The notes under the pieces are model-generated. The model did not search any database. It was not told the DNA's origin and saw only the letters and a program-made list of their open reading frames with translations. A DNA stretch of 48,012 nt from NCBI GenBank assembly GCA_018400135.1, contig JAGYNC010000001.1:1-48012 (forward strand), in the 5' to 3' direction. A program made the position numbers and the translations under genes. Shown here in pieces: positions 17,325 to 26,991 of this stretch. The first letter of the stretch is position 1, and the number at the start of each line of letters is the position of its first letter. This stretch comes from Victivallaceae bacterium (GTDB lineage Bacteria > Verrucomicrobiota > Lentisphaeria > Victivallales > Victivallaceae).

Positions 17325-17346
17325 GTTCTGTCAATTTTGACAGAAC
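17325..17346. promoter_or_regulatory. Perfect 22-bp palindrome GTTCTGTCAA-TT-TTGACAGAAC (candidate operator; carries TTGACA on both strands)
   Basis: Read directly from the sequence. It lies 25 nt upstream of the ATG of the H-X9-DG gene. On the minus strand, TTGACA, a 16-nt spacer and TACGCT form a possible promoter. Confidence 0.5.
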
Positions 17347-17370
17347 CCGGATAAAGCAAAGGAGCAGGAG

Positions 17371-18057
17371 ATGATTAAGACACCAAATATTAACCGATTC
17401 ACCCTTATCGAACTCCTCGTCGTGATCTCGATTATAGCTATACTCGCCGGGATGCTATTGCCCGCGTTAAACAGCGCCAGACAGAAGGCTCATGCCATCA
17501 ACTGTCTCAACAATCTGAAACAATGCGGGCTGGCTTTTCGCAGTTACATTGATGACAGTAAAGACTTTTTTCCTCCGGTACACGGCGGCACCTATGGCAA
17601 CCCTACGAGAACCGGCGCCGCATGTACCCAGTGGCACGAATATTTGCGCCGGCATGGCGTGGAGCCTAAGTTTGTGCGATGTCATGCCGATCCAACGGTG
17701 CAGTCCGGATTCGATGATTCCGCAGCCTCCACTTCAACGTGGGATACGCGCCCGAGTTATATCTACAACGGCATGTTTGCTTTTGACAAGAAGGTTAATT
17801 GCCTGAAGCACATGACCGAAAGTGTGCTGCTTTCGGAACGTTCTGAAAACACAGACTATTTGGACCACCATGGCTATCCCGCTTTTAAAAATCCAAGTGA
17901 ATGGGAAGCCGGCATTGCGGCTATTCGCCACCAGGGCAAAGCCAACTACCTCTATGTTGACGGACACGTTGAAATTAAGAAATTCGATGAAACCGTTGGA
18001 GACTCCGAACAGCAGAACCAGCACTTTATCAAGGAATATCTTTCTTCATATCTCTAG
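17371..18057 (+). CDS. Prepilin-type N-terminal cleavage/methylation domain protein with an H-X9-DG C-terminus (DUF1559-like)
   Basis: N-terminus [26 protein letters not shown]-terminus [14 protein letters not shown] (H-X9-DG), and RBS AAAGGAG. Confidence 0.85.
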   Translation: MIKTPNINRFTLIELLVVISIIAILAGMLLPALNSARQKAHAINCLNNLKQCGLAFRSYIDDSKDFFPPVHGGTYGNPTRTGAACTQWHEYLRRHGVEPKFVRCHADPTVQSGFDDSAASTSTWDTRPSYIYNGMFAFDKKVNCLKHMTESVLLSERSENTDYLDHHGYPAFKNPSEWEAGIAAIRHQGKANYLYVDGHVEIKKFDETVGDSEQQNQHFIKEYLSSYL

Positions 18058-18211
18058 TGTTCAGTTTCACGATGAATTTAAAACCAAGCCTTGTTCTTTT
18101 TTGCCGGTTCTCCACTAAATAAAATTCTAAAAATTCAATGTTCAAATCCATAGCATGTCGCCATTTTTAAAGGTTTTGTCATGAAAAGTTTAGGATTTTG
18201 AATTATGGTTG

Positions 18212-19012
18212 TTAAGATGGCAGTTTAAGCGATAACAATTCGGCTGCGTTTCGCCAGAGGATAAGTTCCTGTTCGGTTTCAGTCAGGGGTAAGCGCATAA
18301 ACTTTTGCAACTCCTCATTTTGACTTCGCCATGGACTATCGGTTCCAAACAAGATTCGATTGGCCCCGTGTCGGCGAATCATGTTTGTCAATTTTCCGGA
18401 ATCAATCATCCCCAAGATAAATGCCAAGTCCATATAGACCGGCAACCCTAACAGATGTTGTTCAACTTCCTCCCACATTCCCCATGAACCCATGTGAGCC
18501 AACACCAACTTTAATTTTGGGAAGCGACGGTGAAAAGCGGCGAGGCTTCGTGGATTGGAGTGGAATGGTGCGGAAAAATTAATATCGCCTCCAGCGTGGG
18601 TAAGCACCAGTAGATCATATTCTATACATGCCTCCCAAATCTGGAAAAAACGGGGATCATCAAAAGTGAAATCCTGGTATTCCGGATGAATTTTAATACC
18701 TTTCAGGTTATTGTCGGCAATCCACTTTATCGCCGGCACCGGATCGCTCATGGCAGGATGAATTGACCCGAGTAGAAGAATAGGTGATTGGTTGTTCAAC
18801 GCCGCCCAACGATTGATGCCCCGGACATTATCGGGGGTGTTAGCCAAAGGCAATCCTAAAGATAAATCAATACCCGACTCATTCATTGAAGCCAAGAGTC
18901 CAGTTCGTGTGCCATCAGTAGCCGGCTTCATCCCGGCGACAGATATGATCGAACTCAGTGCCCGATCAGCTATCTTATCCGGGTAATAGTGCGTATGGAA
19001 ATCAATAATCAT
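18212..19012 (-). CDS. Amidohydrolase-family metal-dependent hydrolase (TIM barrel)
   Basis: MIIDFHTHYYP N-terminal HxH metal motif. A start at 19012 avoids overlap with the upstream gene. Confidence 0.7.
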   Translation of the reverse strand: MIIDFHTHYYPDKIADRALSSIISVAGMKPATDGTRTGLLASMNESGIDLSLGLPLANTPDNVRGINRWAALNNQSPILLLGSIHPAMSDPVPAIKWIADNNLKGIKIHPEYQDFTFDDPRFFQIWEACIEYDLLVLTHAGGDINFSAPFHSNPRSLAAFHRRFPKLKLVLAHMGSWGMWEEVEQHLLGLPVYMDLAFILGMIDSGKLTNMIRRHGANRILFGTDSPWRSQNEELQKFMRLPLTETEQELILWRNAAELLSLKLPS

Positions 19013-19038
19013 TATGCTACGGGCGTACTCTGCATCAT

Positions 19039-20184
19039 TCAGTCGGCAACAACCTCTTGTACCCACTGAACACTAGGGAAGAAGTCGAGGAAAAAAGATT
19101 TTATCATTACTTCCAGGCCTTCACGTCCTACTTTCCAGTTCAATGCATCATTGCCGAGTTGAGATCGTATATTGGTTTGATCAAAAATAATGTTGGAGGA
19201 GAAATATGGAAGTAAATCACCAAGGAAACGCGTCATTAATTTTTCATCCATATTCAGTTCATCGTCAAGGAGCCCAACGGTAATATTCTTAATTTTCAAT
19301 ATTTTACTGATAGTTTCAGCGATCATGAGTGTAGATACGGGACTGTTGCCAGTAATATGATAGCTCTTATTGGCAACCGGTTTCTGAAACAATCTGGTGA
19401 TAGCTGTTTGGACAAAGTCAATTGGCACGAAGTAAACGAGTTCTGACGGTTCGGCATCAAAATGCACTTGCAGGTCAATCGGGGTAAGCGGATCAACTCC
19501 AAGTTTGGCACAACGATGTTTCTTCAGTTTCGCAACAAACTCAATAATTCGATAGAATGCCAACGGCTTGCGAATGCGTCCGTCTTGGAGTCTGCCGATA
19601 ATAATTGATGGCCGATATATTGAGAAAGGAACACCGGAATTCCGGACTTCCATTTCTGCCAGGAATTTGCTCTCTTCATAAGCATTGTTAAAACCCGAAT
19701 TAACCGGCTTATCCTCGTGGGCAATGCCCGAAAGTTTACCAGCAACGTAGGCTGTTCCAACGTAATGAAATTCCTGAACACCGAGAAGCTTTGCCAATTC
19801 CAAAACTTTTTTTGTCCCACCGAGATTAGTTTCCAACACTATTCCTTCCGGGTCTTTGCCAAGGTGAACAACGGCGGCACAATGAAAGATTTTGGAAACA
19901 TTTTTCATCTCAGGACGGGTGGCCAGTGCGGCAGGATCCAATTTGGTAACATCGCTCTCAATAATAGTCAATGCCCGCAATACTTTTTCCGATGATGCCG
20001 AATAGCCATCGAACTCGCACTGCTCCCGGATGATGTCTTCAACTCTCTCCCGAGCCCCGGCAACAGCGTTCCCTCTGGCCAGAGTGATGATTTCGACATC
20101 ATCGCGTTCCCTGACCAACGCGCAGGCAAATGCGCTCCCAACCAATCCAGTTATCCCGGTAAGAAATATTTTCGTCATCACCAC
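19039..20184 (-). CDS. SDR-family NAD(P)-dependent reductase/epimerase (thioester-reductase-like)
   Basis: Rossmann motif TGITGLVGSAF and the length and architecture of acyl-CoA/thioester reductase-type SDRs. Confidence 0.7.
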   Translation of the reverse strand: MVMTKIFLTGITGLVGSAFACALVRERDDVEIITLARGNAVAGARERVEDIIREQCEFDGYSASSEKVLRALTIIESDVTKLDPAALATRPEMKNVSKIFHCAAVVHLGKDPEGIVLETNLGGTKKVLELAKLLGVQEFHYVGTAYVAGKLSGIAHEDKPVNSGFNNAYEESKFLAEMEVRNSGVPFSIYRPSIIIGRLQDGRIRKPLAFYRIIEFVAKLKKHRCAKLGVDPLTPIDLQVHFDAEPSELVYFVPIDFVQTAITRLFQKPVANKSYHITGNSPVSTLMIAETISKILKIKNITVGLLDDELNMDEKLMTRFLGDLLPYFSSNIIFDQTNIRSQLGNDALNWKVGREGLEVMIKSFFLDFFPSVQWVQEVVAD

Positions 20185-20574
20185 TCCAAAAATTGTTTTG
20201 ATTTGATCTCCGGATTTGTTCCCGGAGCAAATAATATTTGACCAATTCGGTCATCCGTGTCTTTCGGGTTCCGGAGTCACGTCGAGATGACCACCGAGTA
20301 TTAACACATGACCATATTTACTTTAACTACTTAAAGCCAACCAAGTAAATTAAAGCCTGCAAAATGATAATACAACCTTTGAAAACAAATAATTCGCCAA
20401 AATTTGAGTCGCGCGACTTGCGGCAATTCTTGTTTCGCGTTAAGTTACAATATGGTTTTGTACCGCGCCCGGGCCGATACCGGATAAGAGTCTGTATTGA
20501 TTGGATTGGATCCAGTGAAACGTAATTCCGACTGGGTTGGAAGAGTTTTTTGTTGATTAAAATGGTAGCTAGCT

Positions 20575-21567
20575 ATGATTTTTAGAAAAAAATACACGTC
20601 ATTCGATGTCAAACGATTTTACTTATTGCTGATAACCGGTTTTTGTTTATTGTTGACCGCAGGTTGTTCGGAGCGAAGAAAGTCCGACGATCCTAATAAT
20701 AAAGGTATTCCCCCTATAGTTATCTACACTGGTATCCGCCCGATTGCTTTTATTGTTGCTAAAGTAGGCGGCAAATTTGCTGACGTCAACAGTTTGGTAC
20801 CGGAAGGTAAAAGTCCCCACAGCTTTCTGCCTTCGCCCGCCGACATTGACAAGCTACAACGGGCCGATTGTTATTTTAGTATTAATCTGGCATTGGAAAG
20901 AAATGTCATTCTTCCTGTGCTAAGCGATACCGGGGTAAAAATTACAGATATTTCCAGTGGAATTGAGCGTTTACCAATGAGTGGAGATCCTCGTCATGGA
21001 TGTGATGATTGTGGCGGGTTTCATGAGGATAAACACGCAATCGCGACCGATCACGAGTTGTTTGATCCTCATATCTGGCTGGATCCGGAAAACGCCATTA
21101 TTATTGCTACCAATGCTCTCAAAATACTTTGCGAATCATTGCCGGCGCGTTCCGAGTACTTCAAATTAAATTATCAGCGATTAGTGCGCAACCTTCAATC
21201 ATTGGACTCACGTTTGCGAAAGCAGCTTTCTCCTTTCAGGGGTGAAACTTTTTTAGTTTATCACCCTTCTTTTGGTTATTTTGCCAAACGTTATGGTTTG
21301 GTTCAGAAAGCAGTTGAAATTGACGGCAAATCCCCATCGCCAAGAAAAGTCAGTCAGTTGGTTGAAATTGCTCGCAAGAATAACATTCATATTATTTTTG
21401 TTCAGCCTCAATTTAACCAAAAAGCGGCAAATGCGGTGGCTTCCGCGATCCGGGGCAGAGTAGTACCTCTGAATCCGTTGCATTATAACGTTATCGAAAA
21501 CCTTAATACCATTGCATTGGAAATACGCCAGGCACTTGGTAATGGATCAAGAGATGGTAAAAACTGA
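20575..21567 (+). CDS. Metal (Zn/Mn) ABC transporter substrate-binding lipoprotein, ZnuA/TroA family
   Basis: Lipobox LLTAGCS, a His/Asp/Cys-rich loop HGCDDCGGFHEDKH, and the conserved DPHIWLDP motif. Confidence 0.85.
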   Translation: MIFRKKYTSFDVKRFYLLLITGFCLLLTAGCSERRKSDDPNNKGIPPIVIYTGIRPIAFIVAKVGGKFADVNSLVPEGKSPHSFLPSPADIDKLQRADCYFSINLALERNVILPVLSDTGVKITDISSGIERLPMSGDPRHGCDDCGGFHEDKHAIATDHELFDPHIWLDPENAIIIATNALKILCESLPARSEYFKLNYQRLVRNLQSLDSRLRKQLSPFRGETFLVYHPSFGYFAKRYGLVQKAVEIDGKSPSPRKVSQLVEIARKNNIHIIFVQPQFNQKAANAVASAIRGRVVPLNPLHYNVIENLNTIALEIRQALGNGSRDGKN

Positions 21568-22327
21568 AAATTCAGACTGTATCATTTGCATTGAAAATTT
21601 GAGTTTTTCCTATGATTCGGAGGCCCCGGTTCTTAGCAATGTCAATTTACGTTTCCGCCGTTTGGAGTCGGCTTGCATTGTCGGGCCTAACGGGGGAGGT
21701 AAAAGCACGTTGTTATTCCTCATTCTCGGGCTACTCAAACCATCACACGGAAAAATTTCCGTTTTTGGCGAAAATCCGGAAGTTGCCAGATTGAAAATAG
21801 GCTACATGCCTCAACATATCCAATTAGATCCTGACTTTCCGATTAGCGTCATGGAGGTCGTACTCATGGGACGTTTGCGTCAGCATTTCTGGGGCCGTTA
21901 TTCGCAACAAGATCGGACAATTGCCCGGGATGCCATGGCGGAAATGTCGATAGACAAATTACGGGATCGTCCTTTTTCTTCTCTTTCCGGCGGGCAGCGA
22001 CAACGAGTGTTGATTGCCAGAGCACTGGCTTGTCAACCCGAGTTGTTGCTGCTGGATGAACCGACTGCCAATGTTGATCCCGGCGTTCAGGAACACTTTT
22101 ATGATATGTTACATAAGCTAAACCAACGCATGTCGATTCTCACCGTTTCTCACGATTTGGGATTTGTTTCTGAAAATGTTGACAGTGTTATTTGCGTCAA
22201 CCGTGAAATTCATGTTCATCCGGTCAGTGAGCTCACTGGTGATATGGTACGGGATATGTATGGTTACGGAGTGAATCTTGTCCAACACAATTATCGTTGT
22301 TCAGAAGGAAGTCATACCCATGCTTGA
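21554..22327 (+). CDS. Metal ABC transporter ATP-binding protein (ZnuC-like)
   Basis: Walker A GPNGGGKST, signature LSGGQRQR and Walker B LLLLDEP. The ATG at 21554 was chosen over the longer overlapping start. Confidence 0.88.
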   Translation: MVKTENSDCIICIENLSFSYDSEAPVLSNVNLRFRRLESACIVGPNGGGKSTLLFLILGLLKPSHGKISVFGENPEVARLKIGYMPQHIQLDPDFPISVMEVVLMGRLRQHFWGRYSQQDRTIARDAMAEMSIDKLRDRPFSSLSGGQRQRVLIARALACQPELLLLDEPTANVDPGVQEHFYDMLHKLNQRMSILTVSHDLGFVSENVDSVICVNREIHVHPVSELTGDMVRDMYGYGVNLVQHNYRCSEGSHTHA

Positions 22328-23168
22328 ATTATGGCAAGAATTTACCGGAGCAAATATCCCCTTTTTACGCTATGCCTTTATCATCGGTATTTTTTCCAGT
22401 ATTTCATTTGGTATTGTCGGAACTTACGTGGTAACACGTCGTATCAGCTCAATAGCAGGAGCAATCGCGCATTGTGTTTTAGGAGGCATAGGGGCGGCGC
22501 TCTACTTCAGAACCAACTACCACCTGATGTGGTTGCAACCGATTTACGGCGCTATTATTGCCGCATTGTTTGCTGCGCTATTACTCGGATTGGTCAGCAT
22601 TTATGCAAAACAACGAGAAGATACTGTTATTGGTGCTATTTGGGCGATCGGTATGGCCACCGGCTTGTTGTTTATTGCCGCGACTCCGGGATATGTTGAT
22701 TTGCATAGTTATCTGTTCGGCAATATCCTCTTGACATCTTTCAATGATGTGATTGTAACGTTGGTACTGGGAATTATTGTGCTGTTGCCGGCAGTTGTTT
22801 TCTTCAACAATCTGTTGGCCGTATGTTTTGACAATCGATTTGCTGAATTGCGTGGTGTCAGAGTGCGGCTGATTTATCTGATGTTGCTGGCGATGACTGC
22901 GTTAACTATCGTTTTGATGGTGGATATTGTTGGCATTATCATGGTTATAGCGTTGCTGACGCTTCCTCCTGCTGTTGCTGGTCATTTCACCAGGCGTATT
23001 TGGTCAATGATGTTTTTGTCTGCCATCTTGAGTGTCATTTTTACTACCAGTGGGTTGGTTGCAAGCTATCGACTCGATTTGCCAAGCGGGCCGACTATTG
23101 TCATCATCGCCGGTGCCGGTTATTTGTTGTCAATTATCTATGCTAAAATAAAATCCGCTTTTATTTAA
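22320..23168 (+). CDS. Metal ABC transporter permease (ZnuB-like)
   Basis: Polytopic membrane protein of the ABC-3 family. The ATG at 22320 overlaps the ZnuC-like stop (ATGCTTGA). Confidence 0.85.
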   Translation: MLELWQEFTGANIPFLRYAFIIGIFSSISFGIVGTYVVTRRISSIAGAIAHCVLGGIGAALYFRTNYHLMWLQPIYGAIIAALFAALLLGLVSIYAKQREDTVIGAIWAIGMATGLLFIAATPGYVDLHSYLFGNILLTSFNDVIVTLVLGIIVLLPAVVFFNNLLAVCFDNRFAELRGVRVRLIYLMLLAMTALTIVLMVDIVGIIMVIALLTLPPAVAGHFTRRIWSMMFLSAILSVIFTTSGLVASYRLDLPSGPTIVIIAGAGYLLSIIYAKIKSAFI

Positions 23169-23243
23169 GACGTGTCCGAAAGCCTTTTGGGGTTCATGCT
23201 CTGCATGTTGGTTCACATTAACCTTTTCGAATAAGCTCTAATT

Positions 23244-25259
23244 ATGTCGTTATTTACTCTTCACTCTGATTATGAACCCGCTGGCGATCAGCCTCAGGCG
23301 ATTGCCGGATTGTTGCACGGTCTGGAGAATCGGGAACCATACCAGACGTTGCTTGGAGTAACCGGATCCGGGAAGACGTTTACCATGGCTAACGTGATTT
23401 CGCGACTTGATCGTCCAGTGCTGGTGCTTTCCCATAATAAAACTCTGGCGGCGCAACTTTACAGCGAATTTAAAGCATTCTTCCCGGGAAATGCGGTCGA
23501 ATACTTTATCAGCTATTACGATTATTATATGCCGGAATCCTATATTCCGCAAACTGATACCTACATTGCCAAAGATGCCGGTATTAACGAAAATATTGAG
23601 AAATTACGTCTGGCCGCAACTTCATCGCTGATGGAGCGACGTGATGTCATTGTCGTGGCCAGCGTGTCTTGTATCTACGGCTTGGGGTCGCCCGAGGATT
23701 ATGACCGGATGACCGTGTTGCTGCAACGCAGAAAACGAATAGGACGCGATGATTTGCTGCGACAGCTGATCAGTATCCAATATGCCAGAAACGATACTGC
23801 TCCCGACAAAGGGCAATTCCGGGTACGTGGCGATACGGTAGATGTTTATGAACCGCATCGTGAAAATTTTATCAGGGTGGAATTCTGGGGGGATCAAATT
23901 GATCAAATTTCCCGTTATGAGTCAGTCAGCGGCAAGTTTATAAGCCGACCGGAAAAGGTTTATCTGTTTCCCTGTCGTCACTTCGTTATGCCCGAGGAAC
24001 GCATTGAGGCGGCAATAAGCCGGATCGAAGATGAGCTACAGCAACAAGTAGCGTTTTTCGAAAAGAATAATCTATTGGTTGAAGCACAACGCATCTATCA
24101 ACGGACTACTTACGATATCGAGATGATGCGGGAGATTGGTTATTGTTCCGGAATTGAAAATTATTCGTGGTTTCTGTCCCATCGCGCCCCTGGGGGAAGG
24201 CCATTTTGTCTGCTGGATTTTTTCCCTTCGGATCGGCTTGCCATCATTGACGAGTCTCACGTGACCATCCCGCAATTACGGGCCATGTACAAGGCAGACC
24301 GCAGCCGCAAACAAACTCTGGTTGAGCATGGCTTCAGATTGCCTTCTGCTCTTCAAAATCGCCCGTTGACTTTTGAAGAATTTGAAAAAATTCACGGAGA
24401 TGTTGTTTTTGTTTCAGCAACACCCGGTGATTATGAGCTAGAACATAGCGGGGCCCCAATATCTCAGATTATTCGTCCCACCGGGCTGCTTGATCCCAAG
24501 ATTGAAGTAAGACCGCTGGGGAATCAGATCGACGATGTGATGGAAGAAATTCGCCGCGCCTCAAGCCGCAACGAACGAGTGTTGGTAACGACACTCACGA
24601 AAAAAAATTCCGAACAACTTACTGATTATTTAAAGGAACTGGGTCTTAAAGTCAGTTACTTGCATTCGGAACTTGATGCACTTGAACGGGTACGCGTTAT
24701 ATCACGTCTGCGCAAAGGTGATTTTGATTGTCTTATCGGCATTAACTTGCTGAGAGAAGGTATAGACCTGCCGGAGGTAGCGCTGGTGGCTATCCTTGAT
24801 GCTGACAAGGAAGGATTTCTGCGCTCCGAACGTTCTCTGATTCAGGTTGCTGGACGCGCTGCCAGAAACCGGGATGGGCGCGTAGTCCTTTATGCTGACA
24901 GAATCACTCCAAGCATTCAAAAATTGGTGGAAATTTGCATGCAACGTCGTGCCAGGCAACAAGCTTACAATCAAAAACACCATATTGTGCCGCGTTCCAT
25001 TGAAAAATCAGTGCGTGTTACGATTGCCGAGGCTGTTGATGGTGCTGACCCTAAAAAATATTCTGAAGCTGACGCTATTGATCAGATATTTGCTACCGGT
25101 GAGGAGTCTGCTGCCTATGGCGCCAATAAGAAACTCACTGCCGACGAAATACAGGAACTGGTAGAAGAGCTTGAAACGGAAATGTTGGCAGCGGCCGAAG
25201 CGTTGGAATTCGAGCGCGCCGCTAATCTCCGGGATTATATTAATAAAATAAATAAATAA
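23244..25259 (+). CDS. uvrB: Excinuclease ABC subunit B
   Basis: GVTGSGKTFT Walker A, helicase motifs and the C-terminal UVR domain (EFERAANLRD). Confidence 0.95.
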   Translation: MSLFTLHSDYEPAGDQPQAIAGLLHGLENREPYQTLLGVTGSGKTFTMANVISRLDRPVLVLSHNKTLAAQLYSEFKAFFPGNAVEYFISYYDYYMPESYIPQTDTYIAKDAGINENIEKLRLAATSSLMERRDVIVVASVSCIYGLGSPEDYDRMTVLLQRRKRIGRDDLLRQLISIQYARNDTAPDKGQFRVRGDTVDVYEPHRENFIRVEFWGDQIDQISRYESVSGKFISRPEKVYLFPCRHFVMPEERIEAAISRIEDELQQQVAFFEKNNLLVEAQRIYQRTTYDIEMMREIGYCSGIENYSWFLSHRAPGGRPFCLLDFFPSDRLAIIDESHVTIPQLRAMYKADRSRKQTLVEHGFRLPSALQNRPLTFEEFEKIHGDVVFVSATPGDYELEHSGAPISQIIRPTGLLDPKIEVRPLGNQIDDVMEEIRRASSRNERVLVTTLTKKNSEQLTDYLKELGLKVSYLHSELDALERVRVISRLRKGDFDCLIGINLLREGIDLPEVALVAILDADKEGFLRSERSLIQVAGRAARNRDGRVVLYADRITPSIQKLVEICMQRRARQQAYNQKHHIVPRSIEKSVRVTIAEAVDGADPKKYSEADAIDQIFATGEESAAYGANKKLTADEIQELVEELETEMLAAAEALEFERAANLRDYINKINK

Positions 25260-25336
25260 ATCCTGATTGAGCACTAGAAAAAGAAAGGTGGGAATACGCG
25301 GGAAAAAAGTTCTGCTTTTACTGAGGCAAAAATATC

Positions 25337-25447
25337 CTGAAATATGTGTTTGAGTTTGGGCTAATGCGCCGCCGGGGATTGGAAAATGTCCGCGCCGAGA
25401 TGACCGAAAAAGTCATTGCTTATAACACATATTTGAGGACTTCATAA
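25337..25447 (+). pseudogene. C-terminal remnant of a DDE transposase (IS4/IS5/IS1182-like tail)
   Basis: It translates to LKYVFEFGLMRRRGLENVRAEMTEKVIAYNTYLRTS*, resembling the conserved FGL.R...RGL.KV......A.NL tail. An in-frame stop lies immediately upstream, and there is no catalytic domain. Confidence 0.45.
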
Positions 25448-25475
25448 AAATGCAAGTGTCATCAGCAGGTATAAA

Positions 25476-26105
25476 CTACCGGCTTCCGGCGCGTCGCTCA
25501 CGAAGCGCTTTCCTGTACTCCATGAAGCGTGCCCGGGTAATTGGATCACTATTCTCATAGCGACTCTTCATTCGTGCAATTGATGGTGTCCGGCGCGCAG
25601 CCGGATTGGTTTCCCGTTGCCGATTGCCGCCCTGAGCGGCGGCTCCGGTCTGAGGCCGTTGTTCTCCTGCTTGCGCCTGCCGCCGCGCCCTGAATTCATC
25701 CATGCGCTTTATCGTCCGATCAAGTTCCTGATTTTGCTTCTCTTTCGACAAAGAAAAAAATTTCTCCATGTGTTCTTTTTGCATTGCCTGAAATACCGGA
25801 CGCATGTTGGCCATCAAATTAGTTCGTTCCTGGTCTGATAATTGCGTGTTGCGTAACATCCCGCCACGGCCACGATTTTCGCCTTGCTCGGAGTCGCGCA
25901 ATTGCTGTAAGTATTCCCGTTTCTGCGCCGTCGAAAACCGGTTGAAGTCGTTTGACGCAATAAATTTGAAGACTTTCTCCGGCTCTTTTTTCGGGTCAGG
26001 CGGTGCTACCCGGGTAATAAGTGCAATAACTCCACCTAATAGCGTCAAAACAACAACTGTGGTTACAATAACTGCAAGCTTGTGTTGACGCCATAATTTT
26101 TTCAT
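25476..26105 (-). CDS. Hypothetical membrane-anchored protein with a charged, low-complexity C-terminus
   Basis: It has one N-terminal TM helix and is the last gene of a three-gene minus-strand cluster. Confidence 0.6.
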   Translation of the reverse strand: MKKLWRQHKLAVIVTTVVVLTLLGGVIALITRVAPPDPKKEPEKVFKFIASNDFNRFSTAQKREYLQQLRDSEQGENRGRGGMLRNTQLSDQERTNLMANMRPVFQAMQKEHMEKFFSLSKEKQNQELDRTIKRMDEFRARRQAQAGEQRPQTGAAAQGGNRQRETNPAARRTPSIARMKSRYENSDPITRARFMEYRKALRERRAGSR

Positions 26106-26176
26106 GATTCATCTCCGATAATTAGCGCCTGAACGAAAAAGGCTTTTTTCGTCGGCAATGATTTTAAAAGGTCGGT

Positions 26177-26710
26177 TTATTCGATATCACCAACATGACT
26201 GTCGGCAAAAAGATAATTCATCGCGCCAGGGCGACCGGGAATACCATGAAATGTACGATAATCGTGCATGATAACCACCCTGCTGGCACCAAAGCGCTTT
26301 ATCATTCTGGAATTCTCTAAACGCGTTCCACCAAAACGCGGTTCATAGGCATAACTGGTTCCTTCGTGAACAAAATAGGTTTCGCCGTCTAAATCGTCCT
26401 GAAGATAAACATCTTTCGGGCACTGAAAAATTTTGTGGACCCCATCGGTATAAGGCATCAGAACTTCAACGATGCTCGGCTCCGTATTCACCGACGGCAA
26501 ATACGCGGCCTCCGGATAAATGCCTTTCGAGTCTCCCAGATAACAGTAAAGCATCTGACCAATATTCTTCAGGTTATTTTTACAATTGGTACGATGTGCC
26601 TCATCCCTTACTTTATTCAGCGCCGGCAGAAGCAATGCTGCAAGTATTGCCATGATGGTTATCACCGTGAGGAGTTCGATAAGGGTAAAACGGGATAATC
26701 TTTTTTTCAT
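26177..26710 (-). CDS. Prepilin-type N-terminal cleavage/methylation domain protein (short DUF1559-like)
   Basis: N-terminus [25 protein letters not shown] and C-terminus [11 protein letters not shown]. Confidence 0.8.
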   Translation of the reverse strand: MKKRLSRFTLIELLTVITIMAILAALLLPALNKVRDEAHRTNCKNNLKNIGQMLYCYLGDSKGIYPEAAYLPSVNTEPSIVEVLMPYTDGVHKIFQCPKDVYLQDDLDGETYFVHEGTSYAYEPRFGGTRLENSRMIKRFGASRVVIMHDYRTFHGIPGRPGAMNYLFADSHVGDIE

Positions 26711-26721
26711 TTAGTGTCCTG

Positions 26722-26991
26722 TTATTTCGGAATTAATCCACCAAAAACTTTTTCTTGATTATGCTTGCGCTCAACCTCAATTTTTTGGTAGTAACCGCGC
26801 AATTGACTTTTTTCGTACTCATTCAGTTGTCCGGAAAAACTACACTCATCCACTGAATCTACTTTTTTTCGTGGCTGTTGTGCTTTATGATAAGCTTTAC
26901 GATTGTCTTCTTTAAACTCGTTGATAACAGCGCAACCGCTCAAAATAACAAATGTCAAAATACCAACGATAAAATATGTAAGCTTTCTCAC
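26722..26991 (-). CDS. Small lipoprotein
   Basis: Signal peptide with lipobox ILSGC. It lies 11 nt upstream of the pseudopilin-like gene. Confidence 0.6.
   Translation of the reverse strand: MRKLTYFIVGILTFVILSGCAVINEFKEDNRKAYHKAQQPRKKVDSVDECSFSGQLNEYEKSQLRGYYQKIEVERKHNQEKVFGGLIPK

Noticed and set aside
17036-17359. A 107-aa minus-strand ORF across the GC-rich intergenic block.
   Set aside because: It has no RBS and a low-complexity Ala/Thr/Pro-rich translation. It spans a region better explained as structured non-coding DNA, and its start lies within the palindrome and RBS region of the neighbouring gene.
20420-20470. A possible Zur/Fur-type operator (GTTACAATATGGTTTTGTAC) upstream of the ZnuA-like gene.
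   Set aside because: Only a TACAA-N7-TTGTA partial palindrome is present. It does not match the Zur box consensus I know well enough to call, and it lies more than 100 nt from the start codon.
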